Source: an uncultured Ignavibacteria bacterium (GTDB lineage Bacteria > Bacteroidota > Ignavibacteria > Kapaibacteriales > Kapaibacteriaceae). Taken from it: DNA of 64,000 nt. The DNA is taken from positions 30,709 through 94,708 of the forward strand of contig CALMZQ010000209.1 of assembly GCA_937870915.1 (NCBI GenBank), given 5' to 3'. Positions 41,338-51,463 of this stretch are shown here, one piece after another. The translations under genes and the position numbers were made by a program. Position 1 is the stretch's first letter. Each line of letters begins with the position of its first letter. The notes below the pieces were generated by a model. The model saw only the letters and a list, made by a program, of their open reading frames with translations. It searched no databases and was not told where the DNA came from.

Positions 41338-41868
41338 ATGATCACCATCAATATCGTGGGTCTTCGGGATGGGAACCATCCCTTCATGATCGATACGGAC
41401 GTATCACAGATTCCGGAGCTTGCCTCCGAATTCATCGGTATGGTCCACACAGAAGGTGTCCTTCGGAAGGTCAGCAGCAGGTATACACTTGTTGCAGATG
41501 TCTCCGGAACTGCTCGTCTGGTCTGTGACAGGTCGCTAGAAGAATTCGATGAACCCATCACTGCTGTGATCGATCTCGACTTCGTTGTAGACCATGAACT
41601 GGCCGCTCAGCAGCGTGGACGTATCAGTGAACTTGATGATGAAGAGGTGCGTGGGATACGAGAAGAGGACAAGGTGATCGATCTTACGGAAGATGTACGC
41701 CAGGTACTTACCGTTGCGATCCCTTTTCGTCGTGTAGCCCCAGCATATCGCGACAAAGAACTCGAAGACATCCATCCCGTGATCAAGGGCAATGATGCCA
41801 CCGATCGGATCGAGCCGGAAATGGTCGATGATCGATGGGCCGCACTCGCAAAATTGAAACGACAGTAA
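41338..41868 (+). CDS. yceD: YceD/DUF177 family protein (large-subunit ribosomal accumulation protein)
   Basis: 176 aa. Positioned immediately upstream of rpmF-plsX as in many bacteria. Acidic C-terminal half. Confidence 0.75.
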   Translation: MITINIVGLRDGNHPFMIDTDVSQIPELASEFIGMVHTEGVLRKVSSRYTLVADVSGTARLVCDRSLEEFDEPITAVIDLDFVVDHELAAQQRGRISELDDEEVRGIREEDKVIDLTEDVRQVLTVAIPFRRVAPAYRDKELEDIHPVIKGNDATDRIEPEMVDDRWAALAKLKRQ

Positions 41869-41884
41869 AACTGAGGTACTTCTC

Positions 41885-42061
41885 ATGCCGAATCCAAAGC
41901 GACGTCACTCCAAGTCCCGCGGTGCCAAGCGCCGTACGCACTACAAGGCAACAGCGCCTTCTGTGATGACATGCCCTAACTGCAGCGCTGCCAAGCAGCC
42001 ACACATCGTATGCACATCCTGCGGGTACTACAACGGCCGCAAGATCCTCTCTGTCGACTAA
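41885..42061 (+). CDS. rpmF: 50S ribosomal protein L32
   Basis: Not in the ORF track (58 aa). Hand translation: MPNPKRRHSKSRGAKRRTHYKATAPSVMTCPNCSAAKQPHIVCTSCGYYNGRKILSVD, with the CxxC..CxxC zinc ribbon. Confidence 0.93.
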   Translation: MPNPKRRHSKSRGAKRRTHYKATAPSVMTCPNCSAAKQPHIVCTSCGYYNGRKILSVD

Positions 42062-42096
42062 CGATCACGAGAACACGAACCCCCTGAGGATCGTCC

Positions 42097-43164
42097 GTGC
42101 CTGACGCTGTTTCCTCAGCACCCCTCCCAACGCATAGCCGCCCTGTTAGGGTAGTGCTTGATGCGATGGGTGGAGACCATGCACCCTCTAATGAAGTGCA
42201 GGGGGCTATCCTTGCACTCAAAGAACTCGGGTCCAACGTAGAACTCATTCTTGTTGGACGTGAAGGTGACGTTACACCCTTGCTTGCAAAGCATCAGGGA
42301 TCACCCTCGATCAGAGTTGTACATGCCCCCGATGTTGTTGGAATGGGCGATGAGCCATCATCCATCGTAAAGACCCGGCGTGAGTCATCACTCTATGTTG
42401 GGCTAGAACTCATGCGTCAGGGTTTAGCTGATGCCTTTGTTTCAGCCGGAAATACCGGCGGTGTGATGGCTACAGCCACGATGCTCTGCGGTAGAATCCC
42501 CGGAGTGAGCAGACCTACGATAGGGTCGTTCTTCCCAACAAAAACGGGTAGACCAACATTGCTGCTGGATGTAGGAGCGAACGTAGACAGCAAACCAAAA
42601 TTCCTTTCTGACTATGCCGTGATGGGTAGTGTCTACACTGAACTCATGATCGGAATTTCGCGACCAACGGTTGGACTTCTCAACGTTGGCGAAGAAGAAG
42701 GAAAGGGGACCGAGGTCACTCGAGAAGCCTACGGTATGCTTCAAACAAATGGCGTGAACTTCGTCGGAAATGTAGAAGGCAGAGATATCCTGGCCGGCAC
42801 AGTAGACATCGTGGTCTGTGATGGCTTTGAAGGGAATATCGTCCTGAAGTTTGCCGAAAGTATCCTTGGTTTTCTCAAGGACCGTTTCCGTGCGTACGCT
42901 GATCGTGGCCTCGTTCAGAAACTGCTGATTGGCGCATTCAGACCTGTGCTTAAAAGCGCTTTACGAGACATGGACTATCAAGAATATGGTGGAGTGCCCC
43001 TTCTCGGAATCAATGGTGTTGCGATCATTGGTCACGGAAGTAGCTCGCCCCTTGCCCTTTCGAATATGATCAAACGCGCCGTGGAAATGGTCCGCAAGGA
43101 CGTAAACGGTACTATCCAAAAAGCTCTCGCCACTCCGACTGGACCATCCAAGGAACCTGTATGA
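42097..43164 (+). CDS. plsX: phosphate acyltransferase PlsX
   Basis: 355 aa with GTG start. VVLDAMGGDHAP and ..GFEGNIVLK.. are typical of PlsX. Confidence 0.93.
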   Translation: MPDAVSSAPLPTHSRPVRVVLDAMGGDHAPSNEVQGAILALKELGSNVELILVGREGDVTPLLAKHQGSPSIRVVHAPDVVGMGDEPSSIVKTRRESSLYVGLELMRQGLADAFVSAGNTGGVMATATMLCGRIPGVSRPTIGSFFPTKTGRPTLLLDVGANVDSKPKFLSDYAVMGSVYTELMIGISRPTVGLLNVGEEEGKGTEVTREAYGMLQTNGVNFVGNVEGRDILAGTVDIVVCDGFEGNIVLKFAESILGFLKDRFRAYADRGLVQKLLIGAFRPVLKSALRDMDYQEYGGVPLLGINGVAIIGHGSSSPLALSNMIKRAVEMVRKDVNGTIQKALATPTGPSKEPV

Positions 43165-44150
43165 ATGCGGTGATCACGGCTGTTGCACATAACGTGCCGG
43201 CGGATGTTTACGACAACGTGTGGTTTGAAAGTAAGATCGATACCACAGACGAGTGGATCACCACAAGAACGGGTATTCGAGAACGCCATTTTGCTTTTGA
43301 AGGTGGCCTCACGGATATCTTGCTGCCTGCAGCTCAGCGCGTGTTAGAGCAACGCGGTCTAACGCCGTTGGACATAGACCTCATCATCGTTGCAACTATT
43401 ACCGGTGACCGAGTCTTTCCTTCCAGCGCTGCCATTTTGCAACGTAAACTTGGTGCCACCAATGCATGGGGTTTTGATCTTGCAGGGGCATGCAGTGGCT
43501 TCCTTTATGCCCTTGTAACAGGTGCAAAAATGGTTGAGTCCGGCGCAGCAAAACGATGCTTGGTACTTGGCGGCGATAAGATGAGCTCAATCCTCAATTT
43601 TGAAGACCGTACCACCTGCGTGCTTTTTGGTGATGGTGGTGGAGCCGTGCTCCTAGAAGCAGGGGACGATGATACCTATGGTGTGCTTGACCATGTGTTG
43701 CACATGGACGGCAACGGAGAACCATTCCTCCATCAGCCAGCCGGCGGGTCCCTGAAGCCCCCTACCGTTGAAAGTGTACAGAATCGTGAACACTTCGTCT
43801 ATCAAGAGGGTCAAACCGTCTTCAAAAGTGCCGTGAAGGGTATGGCTGATGTTTCCTTCGACATCATGCAACGAAACAACCTCACAGCTGATGACATCGC
43901 TTGGCTCGTACCCCACCAAGCCAATCTTCGCATCATTGAAGCCACTGCGAGGAGAATGGGTCTTCCACAAGAAAAGGTAATGATCAACATCGACCGTTTT
44001 GGGAATACTACGGCCGGTACCATTCCGATCTGTCTCTCTGAGCTGCACATGAACAAGAAGGTGAAGAAGGGTGACTATCTCGTGCTGTCCTCTTTTGGTG
44101 CAGGGTATACGTGGGGTAGTGTACTTATTCGTTGGTCCATCGACTCGTAA
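43161..44150 (+). CDS. fabH: 3-oxoacyl-ACP synthase III
   Basis: 329 aa. Cys context LAGACSGFLYAL, His VPHQANLRI, Asn GNTTAGTIP. Confidence 0.95.
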   Translation: MNAVITAVAHNVPADVYDNVWFESKIDTTDEWITTRTGIRERHFAFEGGLTDILLPAAQRVLEQRGLTPLDIDLIIVATITGDRVFPSSAAILQRKLGATNAWGFDLAGACSGFLYALVTGAKMVESGAAKRCLVLGGDKMSSILNFEDRTTCVLFGDGGGAVLLEAGDDDTYGVLDHVLHMDGNGEPFLHQPAGGSLKPPTVESVQNREHFVYQEGQTVFKSAVKGMADVSFDIMQRNNLTADDIAWLVPHQANLRIIEATARRMGLPQEKVMINIDRFGNTTAGTIPICLSELHMNKKVKKGDYLVLSSFGAGYTWGSVLIRWSIDS

Positions 44151-44162
44151 GGATCCAATCAC

Positions 44163-45095
44163 ATGAATTTAGCGTTATTGTTCTCTGGACAAGGTTCGCA
44201 ATATGTTGGCATGGCAAAAGATCTTGTCGAGTCATACAGTGTTGCTAAGGGGCTTATCGAGCGTGCTCAGGAGATTCTTGGATATGATATCAGTGCAATC
44301 ATGTTTGATGGTCCTGAGGATGTTCTCCGTCAAACTCGCTACACACAACCAGCGTTGTTTTTGCATGAGGTTCTCCTATTGAATGTCACCCCAGTTCGCA
44401 CCACCATGCGTGCGGTAGCCGGACATTCATTAGGAGAATATTCAGCCCTCTACGCTGCCGGTGTGGTGTCGTTTGAAGATGCACTCCAACTCGTGCAACT
44501 GCGGGCAACATTGATGTTTCAGGCTGGTGAAGCAATTCCGGGAACCATGGCAGCCATTGTTGGGCTGGATGATGATGTTGTTCGCGAGATCTGTGCTGAG
44601 CTCAACGGTGGCGAAGGGAAGGTAATCGTTCCGGCAAATTTCAACTCGCCCGGACAGATCGTTGTTAGCGGATCGGCTCAACACGTTCGAGCTTCAATGC
44701 CGGTCTTTAAAGAACGGGGTGCCAAACTTGTGAAAGAACTTCAGGTGAGCGGAGCGTTTCATTCGCCCCTTCTAGCCGAAGCAGAATCAGGATTGGCTCA
44801 GAAGATCCGGTCAACATCATTTAACGAAGCCAGTGTACCCGTCTATGTTAACGTAACAGGTTCTGCCGTTACATCGGCAGATGAACTGAAAGATGCCGCC
44901 ATCCGTCAGCTCACCTCGCCAGTGTTGTGGACGGCCACTATGCAGTCGATGTGGAATGCCGGCATCACGTCGTACCGAGAAGTCGGTCCGGGTAAGGTGC
45001 TCCAAGGTCTCATAAAGCGAACTCTCTCAGAAGCAACGGTAGACGGCATTGACACAGCGGCGGATGTTCAACGCGTGAACGAAGAAGGGGCTTGA
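44163..45095 (+). CDS. fabD: malonyl-CoA:ACP transacylase
   Basis: 310 aa. FSGQGSQ, and active-site GHSLGEYSAL. Confidence 0.95.
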   Translation: MNLALLFSGQGSQYVGMAKDLVESYSVAKGLIERAQEILGYDISAIMFDGPEDVLRQTRYTQPALFLHEVLLLNVTPVRTTMRAVAGHSLGEYSALYAAGVVSFEDALQLVQLRATLMFQAGEAIPGTMAAIVGLDDDVVREICAELNGGEGKVIVPANFNSPGQIVVSGSAQHVRASMPVFKERGAKLVKELQVSGAFHSPLLAEAESGLAQKIRSTSFNEASVPVYVNVTGSAVTSADELKDAAIRQLTSPVLWTATMQSMWNAGITSYREVGPGKVLQGLIKRTLSEATVDGIDTAADVQRVNEEGA

Positions 45096-45097
45096 CC

Positions 45098-45850
45098 ATG
45101 AAAACATTTGACCATTCGGGCAAGGTGATCGCCGTAACAGGCGGGTCGCGCGGAATTGGTGAAGCAATTGTTCGGCGACTCTGTGCTGAGGGTGCGTCTG
45201 TTTTTGCAACATTCAATTCGGCTCCGGAACGAGCCGAAAAGATCGCCTCCGAGATCAGAGAAGCTGGGGGCACGGTTACCTATTTGCAGGTGAACGTGAG
45301 TGATGAAGAATCTGTGAAAGGATTCATCGAAGCCGTTGTAACGCAAGGTGGTCGCATCGATGCCCTCGTGAATAATGCCGGCATCACGAAGGACGGGCTG
45401 ATCATGCGAATGAGCGGCAAGGATTGGCAAGACGTGGTGGATACAAATCTCACGGGAGTGTTCTACGCCTGCAAAGCTGCCGCTCGGCCAATGATGCAGC
45501 AACGAACAGGCCGGATCGTGAATATTGGCAGCATAGTTGGCTTGCAGGGTAATGCCGGACAGGTCAATTACAGTAGTGCTAAGGCCGGTTTGATAGGTCT
45601 CACAAGAAGCCTTGCTCGCGAACTCGCTAGTCGTAACGTTTTCGTAAATTGCGTAGCTCCGGGTTTTGTAGAGACGGACATGACGGAAAAGCTTACGGAA
45701 GAGCAGAAGGCTTCGTTCTTCAGCAACATTCCGATGAAGCGTGCCGCAGGTCCGGATGAGATCGCAAGTGTTGTTTCATTCTTCATTGCCCCGGAGTCAT
45801 CGTACATCACAGGTCAGGTTTTGAACGTTGACGGTGGTTTGGCGATGTGA
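45098..45850 (+). CDS. fabG: 3-oxoacyl-ACP reductase
   Basis: ATG 45098 preferred over TTG 45092. TGGSRGIGEAI, NNAGIT, and YSSAKAG (SDR family). Confidence 0.94.
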   Translation: MKTFDHSGKVIAVTGGSRGIGEAIVRRLCAEGASVFATFNSAPERAEKIASEIREAGGTVTYLQVNVSDEESVKGFIEAVVTQGGRIDALVNNAGITKDGLIMRMSGKDWQDVVDTNLTGVFYACKAAARPMMQQRTGRIVNIGSIVGLQGNAGQVNYSSAKAGLIGLTRSLARELASRNVFVNCVAPGFVETDMTEKLTEEQKASFFSNIPMKRAAGPDEIASVVSFFIAPESSYITGQVLNVDGGLAM

Positions 45851-45897
45851 TCGGTAAATAAGCAAATTTTCAACCTCATTTTTTTCAAGGGTTCCGT

Positions 45898-46134
45898 ATG
45901 TCAGCAGTGGCACAAAAAGTGACGGAGATCATCGTCTCCAAGCTCGGTGTGGAAGAGTCACAAGTAACGCCGGCAGCATCGTTCACAAGCGATCTCGGTG
46001 CAGATTCTCTCGATACCGTTGAGCTCATCATGGAATTCGAACGTGCCTTCAACCTCACGATCGATGATAGCGACGCAGAGAAGATCCAGACCGTTGGCGA
46101 CGCTGTGTCGTACATCGAGTCGAAGGCCTCTTAA
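45898..46134 (+). CDS. acpP: acyl carrier protein
   Basis: 78 aa. Phosphopantetheine site [13 protein letters not shown]. Confidence 0.97.
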   Translation: MSAVAQKVTEIIVSKLGVEESQVTPAASFTSDLGADSLDTVELIMEFERAFNLTIDDSDAEKIQTVGDAVSYIESKAS

Positions 46135-46163
46135 CTAAACATCGATCATCCTCGTAGGTTCGT

Positions 46164-47420
46164 ATGTCGAGATCAATTCCTCGCGTCGTCATTACCGGCG
46201 TTGGTGCCGTAACGCCAATTGGCAACACGGCAGCTGAGTTCTGGGCTGGCATGATGGAGGGTCGCAGTGGTGCGGCTCCTATCACGCGTTTTGACGCGTC
46301 TGAGTTCGACACACGATTCGCCGCCGAGGTCAAGAATTACGACCCACTCTTGGTGATATCGCGCAAAGAGGTTCAGAGAATGGACCTCTTCGCGCAGTTC
46401 GCCATGTCTGCTGCTGTAATGGCAGTAGAAAACTCTGGTATCGATTTCGAAAAAACGGATCGTAACCGCATTGGTGTTGTCTTTGGTTCGGGTATCGGCG
46501 GGATGTGGACATATCACCATCAACAACAGAATCTCTACGAACGTGGTGGGAAGCCCGATCGTATCAGTCCATTCTTTGTTCCGATGCTGATCTCTGATAT
46601 TGCGGCCGGACATATCGCAATTCGCTACGGACTAAAGGGCCCGAACTACGGCACTGTATCGGCCTGCGCTACTTCCTCTCACAGTATCGGTGATGCCCTC
46701 ATGCTCATGCAGCGTGGTATGGCCGATGTGATGTTGGCAGGGGGCTCAGAGGCAGTTATTTGCCCAATGGGCATCGGTGGATTTAATGCTATGAAGGCCC
46801 TGTCCACGCGCAACGATGATCCGTCCACAGCAAGTCGCCCCTTTGACAAAGACCGTGATGGTTTTGTTATGGGTGAGGGTGGTGCGATCCTTGTTCTCGA
46901 AACGCTTGAGCACGCAATGAATCGCGGCGCAACAATCCTTGCTGAGTTGTCGGGTATCGGCTTTACCGACGATGCCTATCACATCACACAACCTGCAGCC
47001 GGTGGAGAAGGTGCCGTCCGTTCTATGAAGCTTGCTATTGAAGATGCTGGGCTTGTTCCCGAAGACATTGATTACATCAATGCTCACGGAACATCCACAC
47101 CGTTCAACGATAAGTCTGAGTCTGCAGCGATCGCCACTGTCTTCGGAGATCACGTTAAAACGATGTCTGTAAGCTCAACGAAGTCTATGACCGGCCACCT
47201 CCTCGGTGCCGCTGGTGCCGTTGAAGCAATTGCAACAACACTTGCCATCGTAAACGGTATTGCGCCTCCAACGATCAATCAGATCACACCCGATCCTGAT
47301 TGTACTTTGGATTACGTGGCGAATGCCCCCAAGAAGCGCGAAATACGCGCTGCTTTGAGCAACACGTTCGGCTTTGGTGGACACAATGCTACACTGTGCT
47401 TCAAAGCATTCTCTGAGTAA
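46164..47420 (+). CDS. fabF: 3-oxoacyl-ACP synthase II
   Basis: 418 aa. SACATSSHSIG (Cys), HGTSTPFND and GHLLGAAG (His/His). Confidence 0.95.
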   Translation: MSRSIPRVVITGVGAVTPIGNTAAEFWAGMMEGRSGAAPITRFDASEFDTRFAAEVKNYDPLLVISRKEVQRMDLFAQFAMSAAVMAVENSGIDFEKTDRNRIGVVFGSGIGGMWTYHHQQQNLYERGGKPDRISPFFVPMLISDIAAGHIAIRYGLKGPNYGTVSACATSSHSIGDALMLMQRGMADVMLAGGSEAVICPMGIGGFNAMKALSTRNDDPSTASRPFDKDRDGFVMGEGGAILVLETLEHAMNRGATILAELSGIGFTDDAYHITQPAAGGEGAVRSMKLAIEDAGLVPEDIDYINAHGTSTPFNDKSESAAIATVFGDHVKTMSVSSTKSMTGHLLGAAGAVEAIATTLAIVNGIAPPTINQITPDPDCTLDYVANAPKKREIRAALSNTFGFGGHNATLCFKAFSE

Positions 47421-47447
47421 GAGTATCACCACGTCCGGTCTTCGGCT

Positions 47448-48308
47448 GTGAAGGACATCGTACGTCAGCTATACGCAAACCTCCTCAAGTTCGCCTCCAA
47501 TCGTGGATCGGCGAACAATGCGATGTTTCGCGACCTGTTTCCTCCGATGGGCATCCTTACGGATGAACGTGTTGCAGAACTTGAGAAGCAGATCGGCGTA
47601 GACATTCATCTTGCATCACTGTATGAACAAGCACTTACGCATCGTTCATACTTGCAGGTGGTGAACTCACCGGACCACAGGTCCAACGAGCGTTTGGAGT
47701 TCCTTGGCGATGCAATCCTTGGCATGGTTACAGCAGAATATCTGTTCTATAACAACAGAGAGGTGCTGGAAGGTGAACTCACAAAGATGCGATCGTGGAT
47801 CGTCAATAAGAAGTCTCTAGCGATTTGTGCCCGAGCACTCAAACTCGAAGAGTTTCTCTTTCTGAGTTACTCGGCAACCCAGTCCTTGCAACGTGGCAAC
47901 GATAGTATGCTTGCCGATGCACTGGAGTCGATCATCGCAGCAGTATACCTCGACCGTGGTTTTGATGAGGTTCGCAGGTTTATCGTTGAAAAACTCTTAC
48001 CAATCATGGTGCGCGAATCCCTGGTGCACGACACAAACTACAAGAGCTTCTTGCTCGAAACGGTTCAGGGTAAGGGGCTTCCGGCCCCCCGCTATGTTGT
48101 TGTCCGAGAACAAGGCCCCGACCATGAGAAACACTTTACCGTAGATGTTGTCGTCGAAGAACGCGTGATCGGTAGCGGTACTGGACGTAACAAAAAGGAT
48201 GCTGAGCAGGCAGCCGCAGAGGCGGGGCTGGCATTTTTGGCCAAACGTTCAAAAACAAAGAGATCACCAGGCGGATCGAATGAACAATCGACTGAAACAC
48301 CGGCGTGA
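47448..48308 (+). CDS. rnc: ribonuclease III
   Basis: 286 aa with GTG start. Signature NERLEFLGDAIL and a C-terminal dsRBD (..GRNKKDAEQAAA..). Confidence 0.92.
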   Translation: MKDIVRQLYANLLKFASNRGSANNAMFRDLFPPMGILTDERVAELEKQIGVDIHLASLYEQALTHRSYLQVVNSPDHRSNERLEFLGDAILGMVTAEYLFYNNREVLEGELTKMRSWIVNKKSLAICARALKLEEFLFLSYSATQSLQRGNDSMLADALESIIAAVYLDRGFDEVRRFIVEKLLPIMVRESLVHDTNYKSFLLETVQGKGLPAPRYVVVREQGPDHEKHFTVDVVVEERVIGSGTGRNKKDAEQAAAEAGLAFLAKRSKTKRSPGGSNEQSTETPA

Positions 48309-48367
48309 TCGGTAACAAATTTCCGTCGCTGGGGGTCTCTTGTATCGGATCTTCAATCACAGAACCA

Positions 48368-51300
48368 ATGCGCCCCCTTCTTCTCCTCGCCACATTGATC
48401 CTTCTTTCCGGTACTGTGTCAGCACAGTTCCTGGCTGGTAATCTGCCGTTTGGAAAGAACAAGAAGCAATACGAAAAATTCAATTGGCGGTACATTCAAT
48501 CGGAAAACTTCGATGTGTACTTCCATGGCGATGCAGACTATATCGCCAAATACACTGCTCTAAAGGCCGAAGACGCATTACGCCAGATCCAAGAGGAACT
48601 GTCATTCTCGATCACCAAACGTATTGTGTTGATCATCTATAGCTCACACAATCAGTTCCAACAGACGAACGTGATCGATGAGTTTATGACGGAGGGCATC
48701 GGTGGTGTAACAGAGTTGTTTAAGAATCGCGTGGTCCTCCCATTCGAAGGCGATTACGCCAAATTCCGCCATGTGATCCATCACGAATTGGTCCATGCCG
48801 TGATCAACGACATGTTCTATGGTGGATCGATCCAAGCCTTGATGAGCAGTAGCGGTGCGGCGATGCTTCCGTTGTGGATGAATGAAGGTTTTGCTGAATA
48901 TTCCAGCGCAAATGGACTCGATGTAAAAACCGATATGTTCATGCGTGATGTTGCTGTGAGCGAATACCTTCGCGGTATCAGTCAACTCAACGGATATTTT
49001 GCCTATCGTGGTGGACAAGCCTTCTGGTCCTATATCGCCGGGAAATATGGCAAGGGCAAGGTTGGAGAGGTTCTCAATAGATTTCGCACCATCGGTGACG
49101 TTGACAGGACCTTCCGCGCTGCCTTTGGCATGACGTATGAAGAAATGTCAGAGCAATGGGCAAAGGACGAGAAGAAGTACTACTTCCCGGACGTAAATCG
49201 TTATGAGTATGTAGAAGACTTCTCGAGTAGGCTAACCAATCACCAGAAGGACGGAAACTTCTACAACACATCGCCGGCGATTTCCCCAGATGGAGAACAG
49301 GTTGCCTTTATCTCCGATAGAGGTGATCAAACATTTGGCCTATGGGTGATGGACCTAGTCTCAAAAAATACACGTCGCCTAGCCGGTAGCGCACGGTCAA
49401 CTGACTTTGAAGAACTGAACTTCCTTACCCCCGGTGTTTCGTGGAATCCTCAGGGTACCAAACTAGCTGTAGGTGCAAAGGCAGCCGGACAAGACGGTAT
49501 CTATCTCATCGATGTTGCCAGCGGTGACTACGAAGTACTTATGCTGGGCTTTCAAACGATAGGGGGCGTGGCATGGTCTCCGGATGGGAAGTATCTCGCA
49601 TTTGATGCCGATACCGGTGGAAAACAGTCCGACATCTTTCTGTATGATCTTGAATCACGATCGCTGAGTCAATTGACCAACGACGTTTTTACAGACATGA
49701 CGCCAACGTGGACGCCGGACAGTAAGACGGTGTATTTCATTTCTGACCGTATGAAGTACACGTCGGGATATGAAACCACAAAAAACTTTGACATGTGGGA
49801 CCATGACGTAGATGCGCGCGACATCTACCGAATCTCCCTCGATGAACGAACGATTGAACGTGTGACCAAGGATCCTGACATCGGTAAATATTCCATCGAG
49901 ATAACTCCTGACGGAACACAGATGCTCTACGTGGCCGATTATAACGGCATCAGTAATCTGTGGAAGATGGATCTGGCAAGTGGACGTAAGGTGGCCATCA
50001 CAAATTCTCTACAAGAAGTGTCGCAGATATCCTTGTCTCAGGATGGAACCAAACTTCTGTTTGCTTCACAGAACCGTGTGGGATATGACCTCTTTCTGTT
50101 GAAATTCCCGCTCGACCTGAAAGAGCACGACACGTTGCCGATGACGCGGTTCCGCCAAATGGAACTCGAAGAAAAGAATGCCCTCACGGGGGTGATGGAT
50201 CGTATCTCGCAACTGAAAGACACAACAACTACCAGCTATGGTATGTTCGACGTGGATTTATCACAGCAACGATCCGTGCAACCCAATGACGATGTGATTG
50301 AAGCTCCGCGCGATGAGCGCAGTGCTTCAGACAGCAGCATGAAGGCAGACTTCACACCGAAGGACTATAAGGTTACGTTCTCTCCAGATGTGGTGACGGG
50401 TAATGCAGGCTATAGCAACTGGTTTGGTGCCAATGGTCAGATAGAATTGCTCTTCACTGACATGATGGGCGATCACGAGATCTACTTCCGCGCCAATCTT
50501 TTTCTAGATCTCACGAACAGTAGCTTCCTGCTTTCTTACGGCTACCTGCCTGACGTGGTAGACTACCATGTGTCCGTGTTTCAGAACGCAGGCTTCACCT
50601 ACATCCAGCCCGAAGGTGTGCCCTATACCTATCTCTACAGACTCCGCAACTATGGCGGTTTGGTATGGGCCTCGTATCCTTTTTCTCGCTACACACGCTT
50701 TGACGTAGGTATGCAGATCATGTCTATGTCTCGCGAGAACGTAGACTTCCCCCAAGAGCCATCACTCACGCGTTTTGTTACTGTTCCTACCATCTCGTAC
50801 GTCCTCGATGATGCTCTATGGGGCTTCTGGGCTCCGGTTAAGGGCACGCGTCTGAACATCACTCTTGAAGGTTCACCAGGGTGGTCGGACAACGGACTTT
50901 CCTTTGCAACGGCGCGTATTGATGCAAGACACTATCTCCATCTTGGGGAATCATACACCATTGCCGTGCGTGGCAGTGGGGGATACAGCCTTGGACGCGA
51001 TCCACAGAAGTTCTTCATTGGTGGTATCGATAACTGGTTCAACAGGTTCTTTAGTGACAATGGCTGGCCATTCGTAAATCCGGAAGATTTTGCCTTTACA
51101 CGTCCAGGGTGGCCCCTTCGCGGATGGGCATTGAATGAACGAAACGGTACTCGCTACTTTGTAACGAATGTTGAATTCCGATTCCCATTCCTCTTTGCCT
51201 TCCAAGCCGGCCCTATTCCATCGCTCTTCCAAGGGCTGCAGGGCCAGGTATTTTTTGATGCCGGTGGTGCGTGGGATTCCAACGGTATGGCATGGATGCC

Positions 51301-51463
51301 AAGCGGACGTCAGGCACCAAACCCTGTACTGTCTAGTTTTGGATTCGGTATACGATCCTTGGCGCTGGGTCTGCCCCTTCGATTTGATGTAGCATGGAGA
51401 AATGAGCCGTATGGCGGCACTTCCCAGCCGATCTATCTCTTCTCACTCGGTGGCGACTTTTGA
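48368..51463 (+). CDS. tripartite outer-membrane protein: N-terminal HExxH peptidase-MA-like region, TolB/PD40-like beta-propeller repeats, C-terminal beta-barrel (Omp85-like)
   Basis: ORF trimmed to the ATG at 48368, giving the signal peptide MRPLLLLATLILLSGTVSAQ. HHELVHA motif. Repeated ..SPDG..(V/L)AF.SDR..(L/I)(W/Y).(M/I)D(L/V) PD40-type motifs, about 6 copies. Long alternating-hydrophobic C-terminal third ending ..LFSLGGDF. Confidence 0.7.
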   Translation: MRPLLLLATLILLSGTVSAQFLAGNLPFGKNKKQYEKFNWRYIQSENFDVYFHGDADYIAKYTALKAEDALRQIQEELSFSITKRIVLIIYSSHNQFQQTNVIDEFMTEGIGGVTELFKNRVVLPFEGDYAKFRHVIHHELVHAVINDMFYGGSIQALMSSSGAAMLPLWMNEGFAEYSSANGLDVKTDMFMRDVAVSEYLRGISQLNGYFAYRGGQAFWSYIAGKYGKGKVGEVLNRFRTIGDVDRTFRAAFGMTYEEMSEQWAKDEKKYYFPDVNRYEYVEDFSSRLTNHQKDGNFYNTSPAISPDGEQVAFISDRGDQTFGLWVMDLVSKNTRRLAGSARSTDFEELNFLTPGVSWNPQGTKLAVGAKAAGQDGIYLIDVASGDYEVLMLGFQTIGGVAWSPDGKYLAFDADTGGKQSDIFLYDLESRSLSQLTNDVFTDMTPTWTPDSKTVYFISDRMKYTSGYETTKNFDMWDHDVDARDIYRISLDERTIERVTKDPDIGKYSIEITPDGTQMLYVADYNGISNLWKMDLASGRKVAITNSLQEVSQISLSQDGTKLLFASQNRVGYDLFLLKFPLDLKEHDTLPMTRFRQMELEEKNALTGVMDRISQLKDTTTTSYGMFDVDLSQQRSVQPNDDVIEAPRDERSASDSSMKADFTPKDYKVTFSPDVVTGNAGYSNWFGANGQIELLFTDMMGDHEIYFRANLFLDLTNSSFLLSYGYLPDVVDYHVSVFQNAGFTYIQPEGVPYTYLYRLRNYGGLVWASYPFSRYTRFDVGMQIMSMSRENVDFPQEPSLTRFVTVPTISYVLDDALWGFWAPVKGTRLNITLEGSPGWSDNGLSFATARIDARHYLHLGESYTIAVRGSGGYSLGRDPQKFFIGGIDNWFNRFFSDNGWPFVNPEDFAFTRPGWPLRGWALNERNGTRYFVTNVEFRFPFLFAFQAGPIPSLFQGLQGQVFFDAGGAWDSNGMAWMPSGRQAPNPVLSSFGFGIRSLALGLPLRFDVAWRNEPYGGTSQPIYLFSLGGDF

